From: Moniliella sp. 'wahieum'
Taxonomy: Eukaryota
DNA length: 64,000 bases
Reading direction: 5' to 3'
NCBI GenBank assembly: GCA_003971905.1
Contig: RSEE01000002.1
Span: 1-64,000, forward strand
Made by a program: the position numbers and the translations under genes. The notes beneath the pieces were generated by a model, which was not told where the DNA came from, ran no database searches, and saw only the letters and a program-made list of their open reading frames with translations. Below, piece after piece: positions 10,568 to 23,770 of this stretch (within the stretch, counting starts at the first letter, position 1; every line of letters starts with the position of its first letter).

Positions 10568-10632
10568 TGTCCCTATCTACTACGTTGCGAAACCACAGCC
10601 TAGGGATTGGGCTAGGCTACTACGGCGGGGCA
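10568..10632 (+). repeat. Isolated 65-bp 28S rDNA fragment (equivalent to 4093-4157) at the 5' end of the sister retroelement
   Basis: TGTCCCTATCTACTACGTTGCGAAACCACAGCCTAGGGA is an exact match; 61/65 identical overall. Confidence 0.92.
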
Positions 10633-11300
10633 CGAAGGTTTGTACGACGACGATGCGCCCTCGACAATGCGAGCGGTGCTCCCGCTTTGGGCATACGGCA
10701 CCGGTCTGCCAACAAGCGGCGACTGGGGGCAAGAAGTGCGGCCTGTGCCGCATCCCCGGCCACCGACGCGGCCAATGCCAAGACCTGATTGATGCATAGA
10801 TCAGGGCGATTGCTCGCAAGAAAGGGGTACCCCTGAGCAAGTCGAGTGCAGCGCAGAAGACGTCGTGGCCAACGGGCCGGAGCGAATCGGAGTGGCAGCA
10901 GCGGCTGCTGCGTTGGATGCGTCCCGGACAAGCGCGCGTGGTTCATCTGGAAATGAACGTGGTCGTGTTTACTACTCCCCCTCCGAGTCGGAGGGGGAGT
11001 CTTTTGGCGGCGGTCAACGCCAGCGAGGCCCGCGACAGGGACGATCGTGGTCGTGGGACGTCAATGGGGCCGGTGCGCCGGTCGACGCGGAGGGCAGCGC
11101 TCAACGCTGTCGTTGCCGAGGCGGCCTTGGTCCCCTTGCCTGGTGGATCCGGCGATGGGCTGGAGTCGGGCAAGGAAGGAGGGAACGGTGTGGGAAGCGA
11201 GGGGGGTGGATCTGAGGGCGAGGAGGCCGACAATGAGGGCGAGGGGGGCAGCTCGGGCGAGGGCGTGCTCGAGGCGGCCTCTGGTCTACCCCCCCCGTCT
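10633..11300 (+). pseudogene. 5' part of a sister CRE-like element (two CCHC knuckles, in-frame stop)
   Basis: TTMRPRQCERCSRFGHTAPVC...KKCGLCRIPGHRRGQCQDLIDA* aligns with TTMR...CGLCSRYGHVDAGC...KLCGVCHTPGHRRDQCQELVDQ; RRSTRRAALNA..ALVPLP aligns with RRSERRAAANA..AVPLP. 3' limit approximate. Confidence 0.85.
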
Positions 11301-12519
11301 AGCCCCTGGCGAAGCTCCTTCCCAGTGCAAAGAAACAGTGCCATGTTCACCAACGTCGCCTGGGGCACCATGCTAGCGGGGATGCCCTTGTGGAACATCA
11401 CATACGAGTCAGTATCAATAGGCGCCGACCAACGCGACCCTCGATGTTATTGTCTCGCCACTGTCCATCGCCGGCCTATCTACCTGCAACCCGCCAAGAA
11501 ACGGTTTGCCACTGCGTACGAGCGACTCTGGCATCAAAGTTGGGGCAAGTGGCCGCTGCAGCCCTTTTATGAGCCCCCATCGGCCCTCATACCGCCCTGG
11601 CCCAGCTCTGTCTAGAAGGACGCAACTGAGTGCCGATGACTATGCCCCGAATCAGCAATGGTTGGACGAACGGCTCTCCCCAGCCCTGGCGACTCTGGAT
11701 GATCTCAAGAAGCACGATCAAAACCACAATCTCTGCCATAGTGGCTGTCCTGGCTCGACTGTATCGGTACGTTCGATGACCCGTCCATCCGTTGGGATGC
11801 TCTTCTTCCTTCCTGGCACCCCGCCGCGGTAACAGGTGCGACGAAAGGGGGTGAAAGGAGAGAAACAGCGCGAGGGGGGCGACTTGCTAACCCGCACATC
11901 TCTCAGCAGGAGCAGATGGGCACCATCCCAACTCACACAACTGCGTCAGATGATGCACTACTCCCGTCTTGGTCAGCACGCCACGGGGGGGTGGGGACCA
12001 CAACGTGTTACAACAACTGGAATGATACGGAGGACCGACTGGCGTATCTGGCGCCCAAGAACGTACGTATAATGATGATCTTTTCAGGATCGTGACGCAA
12101 CCCCACTAGAAAAGGAACCGGAGGGGACGATATACTTACTGGATACACTTTGCCTTATCAGTTTGACCAAGCTTCGCAAGATGCCGAGCACTGGACCGCC
12201 AAGTTGTTTGTCGCCATGGAAGGCACTGCCCACCCCCCAAAGCAGCAGCTCCCTTGAATAATAGAGCTACCTTTGGCTGGAACACTATGCATGCTCAGTG
12301 TTGACTAGCACCTCCGTGCTTCATCCCTTGCCGCCTCATCTTCCTTTGCTCCAGCTACGAATGTTCCTCTTGACTGGGATACCCGGGCGTGGCAAGGCTG
12401 CCGTCGGCACTGTTCGCGTAGGACTGTCACTGCCCTGCTGGCCCACGTTGTGATGGCGGTACGTTACCCATGTTCTCTGGTACTGTCCAAATTACTGACA
12501 ACCAAAGCAGCTCAAACAC

Positions 12520-12870
12520 CGCACCAAGGAACCTGCCTGGATCAATACCCCTTTTCCAGGCATACGAGCGTACGCGGTGGTCTTGGAGGCACTGCACCAC
12601 TTGACGACGGGCATCTGCAGTGGCCAAGAAAGTACCCGCTCCACTCCCCCTTCGGTGGGGTCTGCTCGGACGATCCTGATTGCCATTTGGCCGGGCAGGG
12701 ACGTGCGAAGGGGGTGTCGGACCTGCATCCGGGTCTTTTAGCGGCCGGGCGCCGCCCCTACGGGATAGCCAGCTGGTTCTGGGCAACACAGCGGACGCCT
12801 TTAACGCCGTCTGCAGCGCTTCCGGCTGCAGTGCGGGTCTGGAGCGACTGCTGCTCGTGCGAAAGGGAGA
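12520..12870 (+). repeat. Diverged segmental repeat, paralogous to ~16870-17215
   Basis: Shared blocks such as ATCAAT(A/G)CCCCTT.TCCA, GCGTACGCGGTG, CCGTC.GCAGCGCT.CC.GCTGCAGTGC. Confidence 0.6.
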
Positions 12871-13554
12871 GACTAGGTTGGTAGTTTTTCTTGGCCGCAA
12901 GGAGAGATGTTAGGCGACACACAGCGAGCACCCCGACGAACAACAACAATCGACCGCCTCCGCGCTCGGCGTCCTCGCGGAGTCCGAGGAGCAGCTCGCA
13001 GGGCAACGCCATGGACATGGCTTCGACGCGAAGCAGCTGCAGAGCATGGTGCTGGGCGGGACAACGGCCAAGGGGGTAGCCAAATGGCTGCTGCGGCGGG
13101 GACAACGGGGACGACGTCGGTGAAGGCGAGAGGGGAGACGAGACGCGAGGGGAAGCAGGATGCGCGACCAAAAGGCGCACTGGGTACGCTGCGTGTCGGA
13201 TGGGCGGGTCGGTAGACAAGGCGCCGCTTGCTTGGTCCGCTGTGCTGCCGCGCGTGGCAAACGCCTACTGCTGTCCCCAAGAATCAGCGGCGTAGGTTGG
13301 TTCGTGGCCAGGTCCGGCCGGTAAGGACGGGCCAGCCAAGGCGGGGGTACGTGGGCCGGGAAGCCGCGCGCGGCGAGGGTCCAGTCGCGGGAGTGTGGTG
13401 CCGATGTGGGTGCGGGTGCCCCCCCCCGGCACCGCGCTGGGCCGATCGGTCTCGCGGCGAGCGTTGGGTCGTCGCGTTGCGGCCGCCGCGTGGTTTGGCG
13501 CGCCGACGCCGTTGCAATTCATCCACATTGGCTGCGGCCACCACCTACAACCCT

Positions 13555-13990
13555 AGCGCCGCGCTGAATTTAATCTCGTCGCGTCTGCGCGGCTTTTGCT
13601 TCTGCGCCACCAACCAGCACTGTCGGGCCGCTGCTGCAGCTCGCGTCCTAGCTTTTTCTCTCGCTGTGCACCAAGCCGGATGCGTGCTCATGAGAGGTGG
13701 CGTCCCTTGCTCCGCTTCTTGCTGCCCATCGGTATCCATGCAGCGCTCGATACCAGTGCACGGCTGGGACGAATCAGGCCTAGGCGATGGTCTGCAGCAG
13801 CATGCCGAGCAGGACACGCTGTTCCTTCACCCGCCCTCCTCGAGTCGTCGGTACAACGAACCGGCCTTGCCTGCAAACGTGAATCGTGTTCTTCCCGAAT
13901 CGGCCGCTTCTTTTCAAAGCGCAGTCGACACGATGCATAGCGGGATGCAAATCAACCTGAAGATGGCCCACCCATGGGGTCCTGACAACT
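13555..13990 (+). repeat. Diverged segmental repeat, paralogous to ~17435-17730
   Basis: Shared GCACCAA.CCGGATGCGTGCTCA and GTCGACACGATG...ATGCAAATCAAC...CCCACCCATGG. Confidence 0.65.
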
Positions 13991-14379
13991 GGATTCTGCG
14001 TGTGGTGGCAACGAGGGCGGCAGCAGGGATAGCCCGCTCCCCTTTTCTGGTCAGCACATGCCTCGTGCTCACCTCTCAGAGCCAGCAGCGCCCCAACCAA
14101 ACGCACACCACTCCCCGATGATTCCTTTCCTGGTACTTTCCGCCCTGCCATTTGCGTTGCTTCCCCACCTTGGCCAACGGCGGCGCGCCAGAACTTGACC
14201 TCACTCCCGATGGAGCGCCGACAGCCCGCTTGTATCGGTTTTAGTTGTCTCCCCAAATCGGCCGTGCTCGGGCTCCCAAGAGCAACCATTTGCTACAAAC
14301 CGGCTTGGTGGCAACTGGCGTGCCCAGGAGAAGTGGACCCATTACTCCTGGCATGGGTATGAGCTTTACCTTTGCAACG

Positions 14380-16460
14380 CGGGTGCCAACAATGACGACA
14401 TTCCGGTATTTTTGCCAGCAGTTGCACTGGTAAGGTGGGATTGGATATGGGGCCTTCCATTGCTGTGAGGCTGCTCGTCCCACTGCTTCCTCCATCGACG
14501 AGCGAGGCTGGGCTCATATCGCTCATGTCCCCCACCGCGATGTTGCGACCAAGACGGGGTTACGCTTCCATCAAGGTACACTGCGACGCGGCGTGGCATC
14601 TCGTCGTTCTGCTTCTGTTGCGTTTACATCCGCAAAAGCTGTCGCACCGCCGCCTTCCTTTCGACCTTACGGCCATGCGGAATTGCTAGACCTGCGAATC
14701 CTTTTTACGCTGTCTTGCGCGGCGTTGGTACCGCTATACCCAGTATGTGTTTCTCTGGTACGAAAGTACCCATGCCTTGCTCTACTGTGATATACTGACC
14801 AGTGCGCTAAACAGGTCCAAATTTATCTTGCCGGAAACGAATAGCCGATGAAAACAAGAAAGTCATCACCCCGCCATCTGCAGAGGTATCGCCTCCGCAC
14901 CAGATTCATCACCCCGCCAGGCAACGACAACTTCGGGTGGTGGCGGGGGGCTGCCAGGTCCTGCCGCCCTACGTGGACCGGGGACGTTTCCAATGAACAC
15001 AATGGGCACGTTTTGCAAGAGAGCTTGGGGTCTATTATAAGACGTGGATCGAACCATCGCCAGCGCATACCGCGACGTTGTGTCGATGAAGGAGACGCGC
15101 AACCGGAGATGGCCTCGGCTTGAGGAATGGGGGGCAGCATAGTGGTGTGAGACCAACAGAAGGAGGAGCTGTGCTACTATGGTCGCCCCTCAGGATGTAC
15201 CTAGTCGCGCTGCACACTTCTCTCGGTGATTACCCATCCAGGATGGGCCCAGTTCGCCAACTTTGTTGGTGTGGATGCCGATGCTTGTACGTGGTCCATC
15301 TTCTGTTGTGGCCCAAGTTGCTGACAGTTCTCATCGATCAAGCGCAGCACTGGAGGCAATAGGATCAGACGCGTCATGCAGCCCTCCAACTCGTCACGTC
15401 AACGCCCCCTCACCCAGTTGTTCAAAGCACCAATTGAGGGTATGCCGATACGGCACTTCCCTGTTGACCATCGGCGCTGCACCACCAGCCAAGGCAAGGA
15501 ATGCTTCACACCCCCGCAGGTTGTGCCTTAATGGAAGGCCCCCAGGTTGCCAACAAGGAGCACGTGCTGTTCGATGCTGTTCTGTTGTACTGGGCCATTC
15601 CGGACGCAGAAAACGGGTGCTGGGGGCGAGCGGCCACCGCGGGCTGCCATCCGCACAGTCACAGCACTTCGAAAAAAGATGGGGGTCGGCGGCGACAGGC
15701 TTGTCTGCTGCCAGAGAGCGCGTTTGTTGACCGAGCAGGCCGGCCAGCCGCAGTTCTCTGGCTTCACGCGTGCACGAGACCAGGCTCGTCGTGGCCATGC
15801 GGGGGATGATGGGCGCGCATCTCGAACCCCTGAAGAGGATGCAGATGGTGTGGTTAGCGTCAGTGAACCTCGCTCTCGATTGAATATTGACGATTGATGT
15901 GACGCTTGGCTCGCCGCGCTTGCCGTTCGGGTGGGCTGTCGACCACCCCCGAACCCGAGCCGTGTCGGAGTGCATCCTCAGCCTCGCATCTTCTGTCTGC
16001 CACTCCCTGATCATTCGCTACTCCCTCATCATTCACCTTTCCTCGTCCCCCTCCCCCGGCCGAGTGCGCACACGGCTAACTCCTGATATGCCTTTTGCGC
16101 TATGCCCTTGTGCATCCCACGATTTGGGCTGTCATCGTGATGGCCGTCGATGGGCCCGGCACAGTCAGTTGCCGAGTTGTCTCGTCCTGCCTGTCCGCAA
16201 CAATCACTGTCCCCGCGAGTACATGTGTACGACAGGTCGTAACCAAGAGACGCAAGGCGATGGGTATGATATCCCGTCAATCTGGTCTGGCTTAATGGTC
16301 TCCTTGCCATTTTGGACTCAAGTCAATCTAAGCTGTCTTGTTCGTGCTTGCTTGTACGTTACGTGCGCATCTAAGGTGCATCATCTGGGAAAGTCGTTAC
16401 TGGCACTGCATGCCGGGAGAGCCAAACACCGCCATTCATTCCTTGCGGCAGCCCGGCATA
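14380..16460 (+). repeat. Diverged segmental repeat, paralogous to ~21170-21900 and ~25467-27190, with pieces also at ~17750-18170
   Basis: Shared GGG(T/C)GC.AACA..G...ATTCCGGT, CTGGTAAG...ATGG.GCCTTCCATTG, TACTGACCAGTGCG.TAAACAG, GTGGCCCAAGTTGCTGACA, CTCCTGATA.GCCTTTTGCG. Confidence 0.75.
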
Positions 16461-18409
16461 TATCGCAGCGATTCCACCACACCGACGCCTCTGAACCCCA
16501 CCACCCAAGGAACATCATTCGCCACCAAACGGCCGTGAGGCGACTGCAGTGTTGGGGACTGGTTCCGCTATTATTCCAGTGCGGCGGCGCAGCTTCATGA
16601 GGCCCTGGTACTGTTTTCGTGCAGTGTTGTACACCTTGTCCATGCCCTACAAATGTGGTGCGATGTCGCCGCCGTTACCAACGATAGGACTAGCTGCTCC
16701 CGGTATGGGCGGTGTCACTGCAACACTTGTTCTGCACATTCGTTTTGACGAAGCTTGCTGGCTCGCATTGTGGTAATAGTACGTTGCCCCGCTCTCTTGT
16801 CCTCTCTTGCGACGCGAGTTACTGACAACCGACGCAGCACAAACGCAGCACCAGCAGTAGTTGGAACGAACGTGCTTGCCCAAAGAAACTGGCTGTATCA
16901 ATGCCCCTTATCCACAGCATGCAACGCGTACGCGGTGAAAGTGCAGGCACTGCTCTGCTTGCTGATGGGCAACTGCCCTCGTAAGGCAAGTGCTCGCACT
17001 ACTCTCCCCTATGTTGTACGGAAGGCCCGTGTTGGGCTTTGGGCAGCAAGGGGCTTGCAAAACCAGTGTCGGATGAGCTCCACCCGCCTGCTTCAGCAGC
17101 TGTGCGCCAGGCCTGTTTGGAAGCGACCTGGCCTGGCCAACACGGCGGGTTCCTTGCCTCCGTCGGCAGCGCTCCCTGCTGCAGTGCAAGTCCGCAGAGC
17201 TGCTGCTCATGACAGGGGAGGGGGGGCTGGGGTATGATATTCGTGGCCGCAACGGCAAACGGCGGCAGCAGACGCAAGCCGAGCAGCCCCGCAATCAACT
17301 GCAATCGGCCGCCTCTGTGCGAGACGCGCAGAATGGGCTCCTCCCTTCGCGGGGTTGACGTGCGTTTGCCGCTCGCTCGGCGCGCAGAAGTCCCTCCACA
17401 TTGGCCCACCGCCACACCTCCCAAGCCTAGCCCCGCGCTGGTTCTGGCCTGGCTGCGTTTGGGGCCGCTTTGCCTTACCACCACCAATACTCTGGGGCTC
17501 TGCTACGCCTCGTGTACTTGCTGCCTCTTCATCCTCCCCCTCTCACTGCGCACCAATCCGGATGCGTGCTCACGGGGGTGCACGCCCCTGGGCACCGCTT
17601 TTTGCTGTCCATCCTTGTCGATGCAGTACCCGAAGGCTGCGAGACGGCGGCTGCGTTACCGAGGTCGACACGATGTGCAGTGGTGGAATGCAAATCAACT
17701 TGGAGGCGTCCCACCCATGGTGTACCGTAACTTCGATTGTGGCGATTTCTGTACGTGTTCATACCCTTCTGCTGGAGCCCGAGTTGCTGACATTTCCCGT
17801 TAGCTGAACGCCGCTCCAGAGGCACGGTGCGCGCACTCCAGTAGCCCTTAACTCGTCACGTCGACATCCCCCCAGCCAGTTGTGCCAGGCGCCAATGCAT
17901 GGAATACTGGAAAAGGCAGCGCACATTTTACGCCCCTGCGGATGCGCCGGCAAGGAAGGCCTCTATGTCTGGCACAGGACAGATACTGCTCGGTGTTGCT
18001 CTGTTGTGCGGGACGAGGGCGCAGAAGACGCCTGGGGCGCGCGCGGCTGCCCTTCATCCCCCTCGTTGGACCCCTGAAGAGGATGGAGACGGGGGGGTAG
18101 TGTCATTGAGCCTCACTTTCGAGTGGATATTGATCATGGATGTGACGGCCTAGCTGGTCGCGCTTGCTGGTCAGGGGACCGGCGATCACCACCTAACGCG
18201 AGCTGTGTCCACGTGAATCCTCTGTTTAGCGCCCCACTGGCACCAGGGATGGGGCTCCATTGCGCCTCCCTTTGTTCACCCTTCCTCAATTCGCGGCCCC
18301 ACGCGTCCGCTGCGCCGCCCAGACCCACCGGCCCCTCTCCCAGAGTGACTGGTGTTCCTCAACAACGAAGTCGCATTCATCCCCACCCACAACTTGTTGA
18401 AAATGGGTT

Positions 18410-19110
18410 GAACACCTGGTCTGGTCCCAGCAGCAACCCCAAGCTCTTCCCGACGCACTCCCAGCGCAGACCGCAATGACTGCCACGACGCACAACGCTT
18501 CCACACAGCGAACGCATTCCTCACCTCAAGCTTGCTGCCGCCGACCGTCAGCACCTTTCATACTAAAGATGAAAACGATCATCCGCGCGGCCCTACTCAA
18601 TACCGGCGCCATGATTCGCTCTACTGGTTTTACATGTACGACGACGACCTCCACCCACATTTCCTCTGGGATGATGTACTGACCGACGCGCTTGTGCGGG
18701 CCGGAACGTACAGGCGCGGGTATGCAGAAGGGGATGGATAATCAAGAGTGTCCGAGCACTAAGGCAAGGACATGGGTCAAACCAGTTCCCGCTTTTCATT
18801 TATGTGGGAGATGTTAATGGCTCCTGTGGAAGCTGCCAAGTCATATGCTTCCAGGCCCCGTCTCGTCTGGGGGCCAATATCCGACTGCTGCATATTAGAG
18901 CCCTCTCCCCCCTCTTCTCCCAGAAGGGCATCAAGTCTAAGGCAGAGTGGGCCAGATTGTGCGTCTGCTGGACATTTGTTACAGAAGGCGATCGAGGCGA
19001 AGGGCCCGAGCGAACAAGAAGAGGTTCCAATGTGTATCGTGGATCGACTTCAAACACAGCTTACAAGATGTGCAAGCGCAACGCCATGATCGCGGTCTTC
19101 TGCATTGGGG
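18410..19110 (+). repeat. Segmental repeat, paralogous to ~21935-22677
   Basis: Long near-identical tracts CTCACCTCAAGCTTGCTGCCGCCGACCGTCAGC.CCTTTCATACTAAAG, GACGACCTCCACCCACA.TTCCTCTGG, TTACAGAAGGCGATCGAGGCGAAGGGCCCGAG. Confidence 0.85.
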
Positions 19111-19399
19111 CTAATGTGGGTCGGGTGCAGGGTGGGAGGGGGCAGCTGGCGGTGACAAGAGACGCGATCCGCGCGGTGCGTTGGCCGCTGCGTCGGCGCT
19201 CGTCGCTCGCAATGCGTTTGTCTGGGCGACGGAAAAAAAGCGGCTGACTCCCCTGACGCGGTCAAGTTGAACTTATTCCCTCTCCACCTTTCCATCACCA
19301 CCTTCTCCGCCTTGACCGCGGCCTGGAGGCCCTGGCGAATCATGTGGCCCCTGCCGTAGGCGCGTGAACGAGGCCAGCGTGAACTAGCGAAAAACCAAC

Positions 19400-21170
19400 A
19401 GCTCAGGTGCGCATGCGCTAAGCCAGGCAGTCGGTGTAGGCTGTGCTCAGCCCAATGTGGCAGCCGAAGCGGACCACCCGGCAGTTCCGATTCGGATCCA
19501 TTCGAGTGGTGGAGTGCGCTGTGCCCTCGCCGCCGGGCAGCACAATGGTGCGGTGTCGGTTCAAAGAGGCGGCCGGTCGATTGGGAAGAGCGTATTTAAT
19601 TTAGATCATCCCGACGATTATGCCGTGTTCAACCTGGTTGCCCTGTCGAAGGCGGGCTTGCGGAGGGGGCTCTTCGGCCGACGTTTATGCCATCCTCAAG
19701 ACCTGTCCGGAGATGGCTTGGCCGCCCGCTATGGAGAAGGGCTCTGCAGAGCGGTGGCGTTCCGATGATTTGACCCGTGCACACCGCCAGGTTAAAGAGG
19801 GCATGCTGGGGCGTGCGGCGCGTACGCTGCGTCCCGAGGATGCGGCGGTGGGGTTTGGGCCGGAAACGGTCGAGGCCCTGCGTGCGAAGCTGCAGACCCG
19901 AAGAACCCGCTTACTGGTTTGGTCGTTCGGCAAATGTCGGAGCGGGCCCCGCCTGGTTTAACAGGCGGCACCGCAGTGGTAGACGTCGGTGAGCCCCCAA
20001 TAGTTTTGGAGTTGGATGATAAGGACATCTATCGCGCGGCAAGCAGCTTCTCCCGGGACGCGGGGGGAGGCGTGGGCGGATGGTCGGTTCCTCTTCTCCA
20101 GCTGGCTCTGAAGCACGATGACTTTAAAGCGGCTCTCAAAGCCATGGCGTGCGTCATGTTTCATGGGACGTGTCTGGGTGCTCAATTGTTGTGCACCGGC
20201 AGGTTGCTTGCGAAGCCTGACGGTGGAGTGAGACCGATCGCCTGTGGTGAGCTACTTTACCGCGTAATGGCCAAGGCACTTCTTCATTTGGATGTGGTTA
20301 CTCCTCTGCTCCACACGCAGTTGGGCGTCAAGTCCAAGGGCGGGGTGGACAATTGTGCCGCTTATGGATCGTTTGGTTAGTGGGGCAGAGAGGGACCCGG
20401 CTTGGGCCAAGTTCAACTATGTGCTGTCGTTGGACTTTAAGAATGCGTTCAACTCGACCGACCGGGCAGCGGTGGCCCAGGAGGTGAGTGACTATTCGCC
20501 CGAGCTCCTTCCTTTCTTTCGTTGGGCTTATGGGAAGCACACCCAGTTGGTGTTGGGTGGTGCAGGCGGCTTTGGAACCCCCCTTAGCCACAGCAGGGGG
20601 GTGAAGCAGGGCGACCTCTTTGGGCCCTTCTTCTCTGTCGGCATCCGCAGCATGCTCGAGCAGGCACAGCGCGCGTTGGGCGACGATGGGTTGGTGGTGT
20701 CCTATTTGTACGCCACTTATGTATTGTCGCGCGTGCAATGCCAATGCGTTGCAGCTGGTCTCGCGTGTCGTGCGCAGAGCAAGACGGGGCTGGACCTCAA
20801 CCTGCGCAAGACGAAGACTGTCTCGACGCAGAAGTTGCGTCTGGAGGGCGGCACCTTCCTCGGCTCGTTCGTGGGTCCCAGGGCAGCTCGGCTCGCTTTT
20901 CTGCAGGCAAAGGTGAAGGCTCAGGCGGCGCTTTGCCCTTCCTTGCACGGGAAGCCGCTGCAGGACCGCTTGTTCTTGTTGCGCGTGGCTCTGCAGCAGA
21001 ACCTGCGGTACCTGCTCCGCTCGATGCGGACAGACGACCTGGCGGACCAGCTCCACCAGATCGACGAGCAGCGCTGGTGCGAGGTTAAGGCAATCGGGGG
21101 GGGGCGAATCCGAGCGAGGAGGACGGTCAGAAGTGGCAGAGTTCTTTTCTCTTGCCAGTCCGTATGGGTT
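19400..21170 (+). pseudogene. Decayed RT region of the sister CRE-like element
   Basis: AHRQVKEGMLGRAARTL, AASSFSRDAGGGVGGWSVPLLQLAL, AKPDGGVRPIACGELLYR, LDFKNAFNSTDR, GVKQGDLFGPF. The catalytic YLDD has decayed to YLYA. Homology breaks at the LP..GGLG motif. Confidence 0.92.
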
Positions 21171-22959
21171 CGGGCGCCAACAGTGGTGGCATTCCGGTTG
21201 GTTCTGTCCATAGCTACTGGTAAGGCGGGTTTGGATATGGCGCCTTCCATTGAAGTGGGACTGCTCGTACCCCTGATAAGACTGGGCTCATATCGCTCCT
21301 GTCCCCCAGGGTGGCGCGGTGGCCAAGATGGAATCGACGTTGTGATCAAGGCACACCTTAAGCGATCTGGCATATCGTCGGTCCGCTTCTGTTACATCCG
21401 GCAACCTCTCTCGTCCCCACCGCCTTGCCGCCCTACCACCACGCCGGATTGCCAGGCGTGCCAATCCATTTTCACACTATCATGCTCGATGTACCGACTA
21501 TCTGTTCATCAGGTACGAAGCCACCCAAGCCTTGCTGTGTTGTAATGTACTGACCAGTGCGTTAAACAGGTACGAATACACTAGGTGGCTAACCGATGGA
21601 AAAGCAAGTCATCGCCCCGCTCTCTCCAGAAGTATCGCCTCCGCATCAGATTAAAACACCCGCCAGGCAACGACAACCCCGGATGGTGGTGGGGCCGGTT
21701 TGCGAGGGCCCGCCCAACGTTGACCGGAGAGCGCTGCAGATGAAAACAACGGACAAGCGCTGCAAGAACCTGAGGTGCAAGATAAAGGAATGGATCGAGT
21801 CATTACCAGCTTCGGCCGCGATCGATGTAGTGCATGAAGCAGAGGCTCCGCATCTGCAGGTCGTCTCGCCCAAGCCCAGGAATGTTGGTCAGAGATACAA
21901 CATGGAAACCGCATTGATCCCCACCCATGGGGTCGAAGTCTGGCCTGGTTCCAGCACCAGGCCCAAGCCCTTCTCAGACGCACTCCCCTCGTAGACCGCA
22001 AAGGCCTCTACGATGGTCAATGCCTTCCACATGGCGAATGCATTTCTCACCTCAAGCTTGCTGCCGCCGACCGTCAGCGCCTTTCATACTAAAGCCAAAA
22101 ATGATCATCCGCACGGCCCTATTCAATACTGGCGTCATGATTATTTCTACTGTTTTATATGTACGGCGACGACCTCCACCCACACTTCCTCTGGTATGAT
22201 ATACTGACCGACGCGGTGTGCAGGCCGGAACGTACAGGCACGGGTATGCAGACGGAGATGGATGGTCAAGAGTGTCCGAGCACTACGGCAAGGACATGGG
22301 TCAAACCAGTGCCCTCTTTCATTACGTGGGAAATGTTAGTGGTCCGGCATCGCTTTACACTTGGCCATCCCTCAACATGATGACGCTGTGGAAGCTGCCC
22401 AGTCATATGCTTCCAAGGTCCGTCTCGTCTTGGAGCCAATATCTCCACTGCATATCAGAGTAACCCCCCCTCTTCTCCCAGATGGGAATCAAGTCCAAGG
22501 GAGAGTGGGGCAGATGGTGCGTTGGCTGGGCACTTCGTTACAGAAGGCGATCGAGGCGAAGGGCCCGAGAGTAAACAAAAAAAAACGGTTCCAATGTGTA
22601 ACGTGCCTCGACTTAAAACACAGCGTGCAAGATGTGCAAGCGCAACGTGCCAAGATCGTGGGCTTCTGCATTGGGGATAGTATCACCTGACTGATGATCT
22701 TGCGAGTCAAGAATGTGGATCAACCAAACTCGCTACCCCTGCTTAAAACCCCTCCCGTGCGTTGCCCCACCGGGTTCAGTTTTTCATTTTCGGTTCGTGC
22801 TTGCAGCAACTCCTCCGCCATCTGTTTCGCTCGAGCGGAGAAAGGATCTGGCACGGGCCAAACTCCCCTGGGTAGGTGAGCAGCAATGACACGAGGCAAG
22901 CCATCCGGGACGACAATCGGGGCAATGTGGACGGTCAATGGTAGGGCCAAGTTGGCATC

Positions 22960-23770
22960 CCGATGCCCGTTGGTTTAGGCAGATCGGTCTTGCTCTCTCG
23001 TCTTGGCTTTGCTCCACAGGCCAAGGCATCGGCTTGCGTAGAGAGGGGAATGTATTGGCGGACGAGGTCAACGGCCGTCATGAAGGGGGATCCGGGCCGC
23101 TCATCGACATGGCGCATGGAAAAAACGACGGTTTTGCTCGCCCGCCAGGATACGAAGCTGCTGCCTCCCGTGACTACACTGCTTCGCTCCTGGCTCATCG
23201 AAAAGCAGAAGTGCTCGACCAGAGCTGGAGGACAAGGTGCCCTCTAATCCAGGGTTTACTTTTCTTGGCCACGGGGTCATGGCTGGGTTGCGGGACATTG
23301 CTGGGTTGCGGGACATTGCGGCCACTATGGTAGAGCCCGACCCATCCAACAATCCGGAGCGAATTGGACGCCCCACACCACTGTCGCCCGCGCTCAGATC
23401 ACGATGGCGAAAGCAGGTGCTCCAAAGAACCCATCCATATTGAACGGCCTAACTCTTTGGTCATTCGGGGACAAGATGCGCGACGCCTATCCTAGGCCGT
23501 GTCTGCCATCCACTCGTTGCCGCCCCTCCGGCACACGCGTTGTGCAAGAAGGAGATGATCACCTTGTTCGACACGGAGGCCAAAGCAAAGCACCAACGTA
23601 CAATCCTTGTCCAACGGGTTCCTAGCTCTGTTCCCTTGGTCTTCCCTGCAGGTGTGACTACGCCTGTGGTTAGTCCAGGGCTGCTTTTGGCACACTGCCA
23701 GGGAGAGCAAGCGTTGGTTGTCATTCCTTATTCGCCTTGCCGCTCGGACTCTTGCCTGTGCGAGCAATGG
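22960..23770 (+). pseudogene. Decayed C-terminal (thumb/RLE) region of the sister CRE-like element
   Basis: AEVLDQSW, PSNPGFTFLGHGVMAGL, LTLWSFGDKMRDA, KKEMITLFDTEAKAKH, VPLVFPAG, LACASNGI are colinear with AEALNRTW, PSTPALTLPDHEVMAGL, LTFWSFGNKTRDA, RKEMDVFVETAAKDKH, VPLVFTAG, LRCAVQGM of the 28S-inserted element. Confidence 0.85.
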
